From assembly GCA_040954595.2 (NCBI GenBank), contig CM082580.2, positions 8,100,390 to 8,164,389 of the forward strand: a stretch of 64,000 nt of DNA, read 5' to 3'. This stretch comes from Balanoglossus misakiensis. Its lineage: Eukaryota > Animalia > Hemichordata. This document shows positions 13,584 through 26,960 of the stretch, one piece after another. Position numbers and translations under genes: made by a program. How positions within the stretch are numbered: the stretch's first letter is position 1; the number at the start of each line of letters is the position of its first letter. The notes under the pieces are model-generated. The model saw only the letters and a list, made by a program, of their open reading frames with translations, was not told the origin of the DNA and searched no databases.

Positions 13584-16500
13584 ACTCAATGATGACAAGT
13601 CGCCGGTTTGTTTTGTGTTCTGACAGACCCCTCAGCCTTGAATTGCGAATGGGGAGAAAGTCAAAACAAACGCGTGGACATTCTCTGACTGCCAAAAGTC
13701 AAATGATGAAAGAGTCTTAGAGTGTACGATTTCAGTGCCGTTCAAGAGGAACAATCAATCCCTTCGCCTGAAACATCTGTTCTCTGAACAATTCTCCTCA
13801 TACGTAACTATGACAAGATTTGAACGTTTCAACCGACACATGTTTTCTTCTTGAACCGCAACCCCGAAAGCTCTCGCCAAGGCCGTGCTAAATATTTTCA
13901 AAGAGTGTTGGATCGACGACAGAGTGTTACCATTACTGTGGCATTCTATATTCATTTTCTGTAACCCACCCACCCACCCCGATATAATTAATCTTCCGGA
14001 GAAATTTACCTCAGGAAATGAAGAAACTCCTTATCACGTTTTTTCATTCCGCCGGACAATGGGGGTGAAAAGCACCCAAAATATGCCGGCATTTTTTCCC
14101 GATGTTCGGCCTTGGTTGAGTTTCGATGATCAATCAATCTCAATTTGCCGTGTCGTTTGTTTTTGCTGCGCGCAGAATAGCCAGCCCTGGCAGTATTTGC
14201 TGAGCGCACACGGAATGTCATTCACGATAGTGGTAACACGACCTAGTTTTTGTCTGACGTTCGCAATTTTTTTTCTCTTTCGCAAATACATTCGGATCAG
14301 TTTTCGCGCATTGAACTACGTTATTATAAGCAGGAGTGAAGTTGGCTCGTATTGGCGCTTTTTATCGAATTCCATAAAAACTATATGGTGTCATTTAGGA
14401 GCCATCGCGTTTGGTTAATGGTAACATTAAGATTTATGCTGATTACAGAAAATTCTGCGACCATAGAAAGAAAAGATCGGGAACCGCATTTCTGATTCTC
14501 TGGTGACTTAAAATACCCGAGTTTTAACGGAAATTCGGTCACGACAGTGCACACACGCACACACGCCGATTATGGTATAATGGCGAAACTTCGCGTGGAA
14601 TTTTATGTCAAAGTTCACCGTACGTGGTAAGTCTATTAAAGTTATGTGTCTGTATTCATAGAATGAGTTGGAATCAAGAATAGGAAGCCGTATAAATAGA
14701 CTCTGATGTTTACAACCGGATCTCTTACACCCACGGAGATGATGGCCGGGGAGGGGGTTGTTCACATTGACACAATAGACCGTTTTCCGAACTCCGCGAG
14801 ACCCTGCGAGATTCCGCGAGACCAGGCAGTTTACATGAAGGAGGACATTCTCATTTGACAGAGGACAAACAACACGTGGCCCATCGTGTTAAATTAATGC
14901 CACAAAAGTTACACTTTCTGTTAAACTCTGCACCTATTCAAAGTTTTCATTGGGGGAAACCATATACCAGATAACTTTTAAAAAATCAGTACACGAACGG
15001 GTTGTGATCGGTACATAACTTAGTAGAAAGTTTGCGTGTGTGTGTCATGGAATTTTAATGGTGAATTGTCACACAATCCATCCGGCGTCCAAATGATTTT
15101 CACAGGTTGACTTAAAGCGAGAGGCGTTCTCTCGGAAATATCTGTGGTTTCCACCAGAAGTGGTTTAAATGATCAGGGAAGACCAAGGCATCCAGTAAAC
15201 CTGTCGATTTTTTCTTCTTCTCGCAAATCGAACACGAAAATGTGAAGGCTGATCCAGTCACATTCAAGAATGCGGTACGACTACCAATAAAATAATCTTT
15301 GTTCCATTTCGACTAAATATTTTCGGATATTGTTAACTGTGCAGGTGGTCTGGGAAGCGCAGTCGTGGACATGCTGTTGGTTTGAGCACATTTTCTTCGG
15401 GTTTATAGAGCAACGCGGAACGGGGAAAAAAACTATAAAATGAAATATTTTAAGAATTTAACCTCTGCGATCAATAAACAACAAAGCAAACAAGCACAAG
15501 CGATGCAACAAATGAAATAAAAATTCCCTGAGCCCGATGAACCATGTGCGAATCGGAATCAGCGGCGGCGGGCGCTGATCGAAAGAACGCTGCGAACTTT
15601 CTTTCTTTTTTCACTTCTGTCATTCAAAAAAGGTAGTCTCAGAAAATCTCAGACTCCGCTTGGCGTCAGAAAATCACGTGACCAGCTTCGGAGTATCCCT
15701 CTTATCTGCTGTATTCCAGCGAACGTCACCGGGAATTGATCCGCCATTCACGGTATCAGGCGACACGGCCCACGCAGCACTAGCGCCGGACAAACGCACA
15801 GAAAAACACACGCACAGGCCATCAACAGTGCGGGATTTATTATCGGCAGGTGCTCGGCCCTTATCGGTCGCTCCCGGGAACTTACAAGCACTTCAAATTT
15901 TGCACATGTCCAGAGAACGGAACTGGCTATCGATTTTTTGTCCATTTCCTGTTGCCGTCGCCATTATTTTAGCCACTCTTCTAAATTTAGAAAGGAAGCG
16001 AGCAATTAGCGGTCTAAAACGAGCAATAAATACAGAAAGAAAATGTTGGATTTTCACCACGCAGTCCCAGATATAGCGATTCTGACACACGACGTAGCCT
16101 TCACCAGATACACGTTTAGCATTCTCTCGCCAAGTGCGTATCGACTTTCGGTCAAAATTGCATGAATACGCGTGAGTAACTTCCTTGATTAATGGAGAAA
16201 AACATCTCTAAATTAAAAGAAAACGAAAAAAAAACCTGCTTCCTTTTCCATTTGGTGTTATTCTACATTCCATGACTTAGGTGAATGACCAGTCACCGAA
16301 TTTATGATCTTGTCGATCCGCCCACCGTCCTGAACCAACGCCAAACTGTAGTTTGGATACTATCTGGCCAGAAATCTGAGAAGTTTCAAAGTTTGAAATT
16401 CAACTTTTTCATTGTATTTTGCATTTTCCCACGGTGGAGGCCATATTCCTTTGCGGCAAAGCTTTATTTGCATATGCACTCATTTTGCCTGGCTGTTTTA

Positions 16501-17010
16501 AAAACTAACAAATTTCAATCGCTGTTAGTTTTTAAAAACTAACAAATTTCAATCGCTGCCGCTGTTTAATTTGTACAACCACTAATTACCTTACAAACAG
16601 ATCTGTGAAGACTATACACGTGACCTTGCCAACAGTGAACGTCTAATGGAGTTCGTGTGCCAATATTGTTATGCGCAATCTTCAAGGGAACAATGCAAGC
16701 TCCGTCTGTATACAGGATGACAGATAACGATACAAGTGTAGACGCATTAATTTTGATGACACTTGAACTTAGAAATAACGTGCCAATTCAGAGCAACGAT
16801 ATTGCGATCCCCTTTTCTGTTTTATTATTCGCCTCTTGTATAATCCCCTTTGCAAGTCGGTTGGGGGGAATGAAAGGTAAAACGTTTTTGTTATCAGACT
16901 GAAGTATGTAGCGGCGAAGTATAATAGATAACGGAGCAGTATGTTCCTTGCATTTTTAACATTTACAAATTTAGTTCAATCTGATTAATTTAAAATCAGT
17001 ATGTCATTAA

Positions 17011-17180
17011 AGGTATACGGTCACCTCCATGTATGGGTGAATGGCGTATTTGGTTGTTCTGAAGAACATAGGGTGGCGCTCTCTTCTTTTCGCGTGTGAC
17101 ACCCACTGAAAATTCTGTAATTGGCTAGATCTCATTTTGCCATGGCAACTGTAGCTAAATTTGCATAGGTGACCGTATCA
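17011..17180 (+). mobile_element. Non-autonomous DNA transposon (Kolobok-like MITE), copy 1
   Basis: TTAA|AGGTATACGGTCACCT ... AGGTGACCGTATC, with a decayed right end. Internal sequence is clearly homologous to 52531-52702 and 55110-55295. Confidence 0.8.
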
Positions 17181-17303
17181 TAATCAGCATGCAATATCGG
17201 TTATTTTATTTTGTCCGCGGCCGTTTGTTTTTGTCTTTAACTGTACACAAAATGACACGTATGTGTTTGGATTTTTAGAAGTTAACGCAGATGGCTGTCA
17301 GCT

Positions 17304-17432
17304 GTCAGGATGGCCGAGCGGTCTAAGGCGCCAGACTCAAGGTTCACACCTTCCCATTGTACCGATGGGTCACGAGAGAAAGAGCGTTCTGGTCTCCGAA
17401 TGGAGGCGTGGGTTCGAATCCCACTTCTGACA
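17304..17432 (+). tRNA. tRNA-Leu(CAA) with 45-nt intron (17342-17386), copy 2
   Basis: Same sequence as copy 1 except for one intron base. TTTT terminator at 17437-17440. Confidence 0.97.
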
Positions 17433-19317
17433 TAAATTTTGCGCAGATCTGAGGCAAATGTTTCAGATGTGGGAAGAACCTCGCGTAATACCAGTGGCTG
17501 AGGTGCGTACGGTTTTTTTTCCTTGCCTTTTTCCCCATGACAAAAATTTTAAAAATACTTTGATCTTCTTATATGAACGAAATTCTTTTCGGTCTCATCA
17601 TGCTGAGGAACGATTGAAAACCCTCGTATGCAACACTGTATGCATCCCGTAACGAGGCTCACTACTCTTGACACTGTGATAGCGCCCTCAAAATGAAAGT
17701 TCATTTGTGATTCTCGTGTTTTGCCCACGATGGCGTATGTACTTCTGCAGACTTTAGATCCAGAGGTTTTGATAAAACTGTGTGGACCACGTTTTCTCTC
17801 CACGAGAATTGCCATTAGAATTCGCTTTCACGGTTTTTGAGTCTAGCCGTCCATTGGCTTTACTAAAATCTGGACTAAAAACGGGGATACGAATTTCTCA
17901 ATTTACTGCAAAAGGAAACTACACACAGCTAAAGTCACGTTCAAAATCAGCCCCAATCAATGCCGGCATGTTATTCGATCCCATTTGATAAAAAAAATGT
18001 TTAAAAATAGCGGAAACACTTACGCGTCGGCATTAAGCTCCTTTCACTGTTGCCCGACATCTTGTAATTCTTGTTTCCAAACCATTCTTTCGGGGTCTAA
18101 ACTTCCTAGTTTTCGGTTCTGCTCCATCAGCATTCAGTTCATTATTTTTCTGCCGCCACGGTTAAATAGTATTCATGCCTATATGCTAATTATTGTACTG
18201 AGACATGCAACAATATCTATTTTTCATTCGAAAAGATAACAAAGCAGACTCGCAGTCGAGTTGTCCTGCAGCCATGTGTAAAACACGTCTTTAACAGCGC
18301 CCCCACGTGTCAAGAACAATAACTTCTCAAGTGGTTTATATTTAGCTGCATCGTCAAGAGTGGCCACAAAACTTGTTTTGAATCCCCTAAAATACAAGTT
18401 GATGTTAGTGTTGCAAAGCACACCCGCCCCACGGCAAATGCACGTACAGATCTTCCTTCCTATGGCATGGACGTCACAGAACAGATAGACCAGTATTCAC
18501 AATGGGCTGGATTTATTTCAAGAAAAGCTACTGAGCCAGGGGGAAAAAGACGGGTCTTTTACAATAATATAAATAGAAATACATTCCATACAGCGGACTA
18601 ATATTTACAAGATATTTTTTTAAATACAAGAAGGAGACTTAAAAGTATATATTACTGTGGTGAAAACAGGTGAACTGAATATATAATGGACTATGGATAC
18701 TTGTTAAAAGTAGTGATGAGATAAACCAGTTATTAACGAAGTAGTACAACCGAGGTCTCAGTACTGAAATGATTCAAAGTTTATGGGGTTACGTTGTCAT
18801 TTACACTTTCGTACTTTCATCCCCGCACACATGTAGCATTCAACGCAGTATTGTGTTTGGAGGTCATCAAAGAAAGGCATGATGGGAAAACTGAAAGTGG
18901 TGAAATGGATCTTTGGATGCATTTCAGCATTTGCACAATGACTGAGTTCAAGCAGCAAAAACAAATGTGTTTCACAAAATGAACAACTTAACTTCAGGCA
19001 GTAAAAAAATGTGAATTTCCAACAAAAAAATTATGTCACTGAGTTGTACTGAGTGCGATGTTCAAAAACACACACTCTTCAAAAATATTCAGATTGTATT
19101 CTGTGTGAAGATTTTGTGGGGGCGGAAATAAAAACCATGATCAGTGCATGCAGCATACGAGTTAAATAACTGTACAAAGTGCCGTGAAGATTCTACTTCA
19201 GCTCTTAAACATCCAGCAAAGCTGTCGTGCTGAGAGTCAACAAGACAAAGCACCAAGCACTCTTATGAAAACACAGGAGTCACAATCACAGCTTTGGACT
19301 TCCTTTACCCAAATGAT

Positions 19318-19420
19318 GCTTCTATAGGGCAGGTGATCCGCCTGGACTCACCCTAAACCTATCCCTAACTGTAACACTGACTTTTAGGGGGAGTGTCCAG
19401 GGGGTGACTGCCCTAGAACC
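19318..19420. repeat. Short imperfect inverted-repeat (MITE-like) element, probably within the GALNT11 3' UTR
   Basis: Left arm TTCTATAGGGCAGGTGATCCGCCTGGAC..CCCTAAA versus the reverse complement of the right arm GGTTCTAGGGCAGTCACCCCCTGGACACTCCCCCTAAAA. CCCTAA-like units lie in the centre. Confidence 0.5.
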
Positions 19421-20836
19421 TTTTCAGTGCTTGCAAAAGCGATAAACTTCAAGGGGTCGCAGAAAAGACCGGCAATTTACTTTGAAGATTTGTGCTTCTT
19501 GGATCTAACAAGGTTTGTTTTGCAGTGGAAGGAACTACAACCACTGACACTAAACGCATCTCAGCTATTAACAACATGCACCTCTACATAGTAGCGTACA
19601 CAGAAAAAAACAGCCAGAAACAACACCTCAAAACATAACAGATCTTCAGAACAGCCATTGACAAGACAACTTTACAAACGACACATAAATGTGTGAAGAA
19701 ACCCCCCACCCCCACATAATTCATAAATTAAGTGATCTGTCGGTAAAAAAATAGCCATAGCTAGAACCATTTAATTGCATTGATATTGCCATTGAATAAA
19801 TATTATTGAGTCAATTTGTTTGGAATTTGGCGCAAAAGAACCCCCCCCCCCCCAATCATGATGGAAGCGCTGTACTTGAACAAACAACAGCACACTGATA
19901 GAATCTAACTATCATTGATGTTTTGATATCTATGTATGCCAGCCTCTAATATTTACATCTTACACCAGCCTCAAACCTTGTACAACTACGTCAGCCAAGC
20001 ACGTTCTAATGCTTACGACAAAATGTGTTCAGGGAGATGTATAGGTAGTACATGATTATGTTAAAGCTTGGGTCTCGCCCATTCCCCACAAAATAACAAA
20101 AACAAAACACAAAACAGCATAAACAGTAAACAAACACGTTAATAAATTATGTTAAAAAGACAAAAGATGAGCAGAAACTTTAACAACAAAACAAACAGGG
20201 TTTAACTGCAATGGCTGAGACCTTGATTTCTCTGCATCCCCCCCCCCCAAAAAAAAACCAAAAAAAAACAAACAAACAAACAAACAACACTCTTGGGTCA
20301 TTCTTCTCTCAGTCATCACACAGGCGATTTTTGGTATGAACTGTCTACAATACACTAACCCTCAAGTCTGCAAGAGAACAAGAGATGAAACCACCAAAGA
20401 GGGAGTTCAAAGGTCACATCAGTAGGGCATGCAAGATGTGGGTGCTGGCATATGATGGTTGAACACACTCGTTCAGATATTCAAACAAAAAAGTCACGTT
20501 TGGCGTTTCAATCCGAAGGCAACAAGTGCAAGATTTTGGCAGTATTCCGATTATACTCATTCAACAAAATACCAGTATTTATGAATGTTGGGCAAAAAAC
20601 AACAACATCCACAGCAGACCTACACTTTTGACAGGCAAATGAACAAACTTGTTCAATTGCTTTGATGAAAGGTTCGCCTCACGCAGCTGGCTGTAAATAC
20701 GGGAGGGATGTGCTGCGAGAACCGGTAAACATCACACAAGGTAAAATCTCTAGCGCCCTCTATACCAACGCTCCATCCAGGAGGCTTTGTTTTAGGGGGT
20801 ACTGTCCACTGTTGTAAAAGCTCTCCAGCCGTTCCA

Positions 20837-23800
20837 TCATGCCACCATCTCCCACTGCTGTTCGGCCCCATCATTGCAAATTCCCAAGTGGAGGTACGAT
20901 TCACCGTACGAATACGTCAAGCACTGACCGGTAGCTGGGTGGTACATTCTGTTATTGCCCTGAAAACATATGGAGGAAAAAAACAATTGTTAACATACAG
21001 GAATGTCATTTATTGCCCCGTTAAATGTACTAACATCGTGATTAATCTTCAGAATTATTCACTCAAGTTCCTTGAATAACATCAGCCGAGAACACCAAAC
21101 CCTTCTGAAGTGTTGGCAATGAACACTCGATGCAGAGAACTCTGACCACTCACCACTTCGTTCAGTCGCCAATCCTGGGATCCCCCCGATCCGTGGCACT
21201 TCATCATCCGTGGATAGGCTTTGCTGTCGGACTCCGGCATATCCAGACACAGCATGTCCTTCAACAGAAACTCATAGTCCCCAGTAGTTGACCAAATCTG
21301 GAAAAAAATAAAAAATAAATGAACCACGATGACCGAATGTCGTCATTACTACGAAAACATCCAACCCATAGCTTTACTTTCTGAATCAATATTTCAATCT
21401 GAACACACACACCTCAACAAATGTTTGACATCTTAGTTATTAGACTTACCAGAGTTTTGTCTTCACTTATGCAATCCACCAGCATCACCAAGCTACCTTT
21501 GTGAGTGTAGTCTTGTTGCGAAGTTAAACATAGCCCTGACTTCAAGTGTCGAATCTGTGGAGTAGAAAAACAGTGGTCAATTAACACTCAATTCTCTGTC
21601 CACGCAGGTATTTCAACTGCAGCGACCGACAGGTTGATGAAACGTAGTTTTCACTGAAATATAAAGAAACAACAAAGAACACACACTCACGTACCCTGCC
21701 TCTGTTGATGACAGATGATTTCTTCGGTTTTCTCCCCAGTGCAACTTCGACCGGAGAGTTTCCCTTCTGGTTCGGCAATTTTAATTCCGGATAAACATTA
21801 TCCAAGTACCACTTGAACGGTTTACACTGTAAACGTTCGCGCAGCTCTAACCGGCTGCTGATATCTCCGTAATCCCGATATCTTAAATCTTTTTTGATTT
21901 GAAAATAGTACTCCTTAAGAAGAAAAAAAAACAAAGTGTAAGACCCACTGACGAGTGGTAAATTAAATCAATTGTGATAAAAGAAATATCTAGAAAATTT
22001 TCTTGGGAAATGCAAATAGATTTTATCCTCTACACCTTGACCTGATGGTGACCTATGATGTCATTGAATGTTTTCTTCCATCAAAAATTCGCTCTACAAT
22101 GGGCAGCCTACTAATAAAGTTATGAACTCCCCAATGCACAGAATTCCCATTCATTTTGTTCATACAGACCACTGCAGAAAATAAACCTCAATTCAAACCG
22201 CCAATAAATCAGCTAGAGCCTACGTAGTTTGTCTGTTCATTGGAATTAACGAAGTAACTCACAACTTTTGTATCGGTTCTGAAAACGAGTGACCCAGTTT
22301 ACGTTATGACATCACACTTGCGGAAGAGTTACAATGCATTTCACATAAGCGCCCAACAAAACACCCAATTCGCAGGCAAATTCTATTTGTTTTCATTTCC
22401 TTCTATTCACCCCTTCCTATACACATACGCAGCGGAGTAGAAACAGCCAACACACGTTTCCGAAATCTCCAAGGTATCTCAAACGTCTCATAAAACAATC
22501 CAGGCGGACTGTGTGACTGCACATACCTTATATTCATCCATCCATACATTTGCGACGCGCAGAGAATTTTTAGACATGGTGTCCTCGCCAGTCGGTGAGC
22601 CGTATGGACGTCGTTTTCTGAACACATGGCCCACTCGGGAGCATGGGATAATTTCTAACCTACCACCACACTGCCATATCTGAAATCAGAAGGAAAAAAG
22701 TGTCAGTACAACACCAGCCTAGTATCATTTACATTTGAGCTAAGGTACTAAGGTATAAATCTAGAGCCTTTCAATTATTCATGAGAAGTTATAACTCTTA
22801 CCCGAAATGAGATTTCTAAGTTTTCCCCACCCCAGATGTCCATGCCATCGTCGTATTCCCCTAACTCCTGAAAGTACTGTCGATCCATGGCAAACAGACC
22901 GCCTGCCATTGTGGGCGAACTGAAAAATGAAAAAAAAAAATTACATGGTAAGATCCACCTTTTCATTTCATTTTACAAGATCTCCTTTATTGCAATGCAT
23001 AATTAGTAAGTTTTCACCACGAGCCCTGAAATCCAGGGAGGGCATCCCCTCCGATTCCCTGAAAAGTTCAAGATGTCAATTTGACTCACATGACAGGTTT
23101 GATGTAATCTTCTTTGCCGTTGAATTGGTTAGCCGGAATACTGTCCCACTTGAAGTGTAGCCCCCAGTTGAAGCCGCCTCGGACTAACGGTGACGACTGG
23201 TACTCAAATGTATCAGCGTTGATTATATCGATGATTGGACAGACGACTGTTTGCCTGTCGGCTTTGATTCGCTCCAGTAACGGCTCTAACCATTGCACAT
23301 TGACCTGTTTGAAAGAACAAGTAGAAAATAAAAGAATGTTAGAATAAAGAGATGAGCAAGAGGTTTCAAACAGTTTCAGCGCACGATCAATTTCAATGTT
23401 GCAAGATTCCAAAGACTTTCGTCCGGCAACAGCACCACCAAGTGTCCACACTAATTTATTCCTTTGTCTCAGTTTAACAGTTAATTGGATCAATTCGAAT
23501 GAGCACTCACAACACAACAGATAATTTCCCCCATTATATCAACCATGTACCGGTATGTTGACATAATTTGTATAGTCATACTGAGTCAAAATTTGGCTTC
23601 GAACCAAAATAATAAAGTACAAGCACTTTATCCATTCTATCAGAAAATTACTTTATGATGATTTTTGTGTTCAATAATTGTGCGTCAAACACTTGTGAGG
23701 AAAGCCAATATATATGGAAATTTGTAAGCCATTGAAATTCTGCGGACTAAAAATAAAACTCATTAAAACTCAAAGAATAAAATTGTAAAAGGTTTGACAT

Positions 23801-26800
23801 ACTTTGGCCTGGATACAAATATTAACTTTTGAGAATCCTGGTCTTTATTAATGTTTTATTATTGATAGTAACGTGCATGCAAATATATTTGTGTGCTTCT
23901 GAGATGCAAGTAAGCAGGAAACTAATTGCCTAACACAACAGGCTGTCCCAGGCCGAGCACATGGATGACCCAGTTGGAAACTTGGTTCTGATCCAAACTG
24001 CATAAGTTGTGACCCTGGCAGTGAGGGTAACCCAAATATTCAATTTCAGTATAACGAAGCACGACAAAAGAAGACACTTCTTGTTGATAAACACCAAAGG
24101 ACGGCTTTATATCTACAAACAAAGCGCATTCCTGGACACTACCAGAATCGCGGTCGACATCACCTCACGGAATCTGTGTCAGAATTTATGGACATCTCCT
24201 GATTAAGGTCACCTTTCCGAATTTCACCACAAAACTTCGTGCTCTGTTAAACATCAGCCGAGAAGCTACCCTATTCACACATATATCCCACTTTTTCTTT
24301 CTTTCATCTGTCACTAAATAAATGCTTATTTTTCACATGGGCACACACGCTGAAACGCCGCATTGTGAGGAAAACATCTACTTGACACACCTCATAAAAA
24401 GGGAACATACACATGTACAAGCCGGCCAAGAAGCACCAAAATACAACATTTTGCACACATGTACGTATACATACCTCACAATGACTATCCAGAAAGGTAA
24501 TAACATCTCCCGTGGCTGCCCTGGCTCCTTTCATACGAGCTCTTATCAACCCCTCTCTCCGCTCATTGTGAACAATTTTTACAAGTTCTGGAAAGTTCTC
24601 TGCTACGAAGAGATCTAATTTTTCTTTCAGATGATCTGAAACCAAAAAACATGTCATTTAATATCTTCTAAAGCAGTCGCAGAGAGATCACATATTTCAT
24701 GCGGAATTTTGCCCCCAAAAAGTATTTCTTATACAGAAAAACAAAACAGTCTAAAACTGATCAACAATGTACTTCACTTTATAAATATGTATCAAGATCC
24801 TCTTGTACATCAAATTACACAATGTTTTTCATAGATTTGAGTGTGGGAACAGATTTTTTTTGAAGTTATACGTACTTGAGGAAACTGTGTCATATATAAT
24901 AGCCCTTGATGTGCATTTGATGAAAGTTTATCTCCACTGGGGCTATCACTTACAACTTTATATTGAGTTATACACCCACAGCAGCATATGTCTGGCCATA
25001 CTTGGGATCAAGAGGATTTGATCAACTTTTTTTCACAACGAGAGGAATGTCATGTGCCCTTTCGAACCAAAGAGCTTGTACGGTCATTCCTAATCTACAT
25101 ACTGTCCATATTTGGTTAAATGGGGTGTGGTCAAGTTTCCTCATGACCATATGGCGATGAATTTATTTTGCTAATGCATCCTCCCCAAAAGTGAAAGATT
25201 CTGTCCATGTCAAATTCCTAGGGGGAAAATTCGTACCCTATTACACACAAAAAGATGGAGGATGTGTTTTCATATTTGCAGACACATAAAAAAAAATACT
25301 ACACATCATACATAGATACTTACCTAATGAGCTAAAATCATCCACTAAAATAATCTCATGTAATAAATTAGCTGGAGTTTTGTCAATTACACTATATACA
25401 GTCCGCATTAAAGTTGACCATGCTTCATTGAAGAAACATATAACAACGCTAGTACTTGGTAAATTGTTGGAGTAGACTTGATATGTACACCTGAAATGAA
25501 AAAAAGGCGCATTTAGTCTTGGATGTATAGCTGAATGACAGGAAAAGACATACTGAATATATGGATATGTGTCAGATACTGCCACCTGCACATACTCCTG
25601 TAAGGGGAAAATTTGCCCATTATTTCCTCAACGTTTACAGTTTCATATCACAATTTATGTTCAATTGTTAATAATCACACTCAGATCACCAGACATTTGT
25701 CTCCATTATAACCTGCGACATCACCCGATATTTGTCTCAAAAATCATATGTGACATCACAGATCAAACATCTAACAACGCCAGACTGTGCCAACCAACCA
25801 GAACCGCATAACCTCAACAAAACATGTCTGACAAACATATCGTTATTGATATCACATGTCCGATAAAAGCAGTACCGTGCGTGACTATCGAATGCTCATA
25901 AAAACATATCTTATTTTTCATCCATAATTTACGACAACACATGATGTATGCGGAGTGAATTTGTCAGCTAATAATTCTCTCTTGTATCTATGTATGCACA
26001 GTATGTACACCTGACTTAAGCTGTTCAGCTATCATATAATCCATACTTGTCTTTGCTATCCATTTCTTTCAATATAGTGGGCGGCCATTTTGATATGCTG
26101 AGGTGACAGATCTAGATAGCAGCAGAAACGCAATCCGATATTGAACACATTTGAATAGACTGCTTATCTCTGACGCACTTGAGCTATTTATTTCTGATTT
26201 CAAAAAAACAACACAGGCAGCATTTACCATGAGATTTCATGGCAAGAACTCCCAAATATAATATTAATAGTTTGATCATTAGCCTACGAGCACAGAGAAC
26301 ATTGACAGACAGAACTGGGAACAAGATACATTTAATAGATTACAAATTATTACTTAGTGTGTAAAGGCTACAGCTAATGACACTATCATGTTCAACTGTC
26401 TTCAGGAAACATACGTGTACATCCCTGTGGGTTGTTTTTTTTTTTTTTACAGAATATGAAAGCAGTTTCACTTACAATCCATTCCTGGTATCCACCACAT
26501 CTCTATGGTAACCTATTCTGTCGCTAATGAGCTGGTTGAACGCGTGTTGCCGGTATCCCTCGTCGCGGATAACCTGATCCTCGGGCGACTTGACCATTCC
26601 CAGCGCCGGATCCACCCGATGGCTTTTGGCAGTGTTGCCAGTGTCTTGTAAATGATTGTCGTTCTGATAGGCATTGATATCATTGGGACTATGTACACGG
26701 TTCTGTTTCTTCAAATTGAAATTATTGCCCCCGGCCCTGTTCATGTCGTTAAGCGAATCGTCCTCGAGTTTCTGCAGAAGGACAGAGTGCCGGGGCACAA

Positions 26801-26960
26801 ACTTTTTCGGTCCGCCGTCCTTACCGACCGACATCGCGTCGTTCGGCAGCATGCCATTTTGGTCGTCGATGTCGCTGAAGTAGAAGAAGATGACTACGCA
26901 CCACAGTAATGATGTCAGGAGGCATCCGAAACAGAAATAACGAAATGTCTTTCTAGCCAT
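20837..26960 (-). CDS. GALNT11: Polypeptide N-acetylgalactosaminyltransferase 11 (~629 aa)
   Basis: Ten coding exons: 26960-26476, 25490-25324, 24635-24475, 23304-23090, 22919-22802, 22679-22527, 21913-21695, 21554-21450, 21297-21154, 20959-20837 (1890 nt). The type II TM N-terminus [11 protein letters not shown] matches GALNT11 (human RYFCYGCLFTS). GT-A motifs [36 protein letters not shown] and [13 protein letters not shown] are present, followed by a ricin-type lectin domain with QxW repeats. Confidence 0.95.

Noticed and set aside
14777-16017. Possible transposon bounded by TAGACCG ... CGGTCTA
   Set aside because: Only a 7-bp inverted match, with no clear TSD or transposase remnant.
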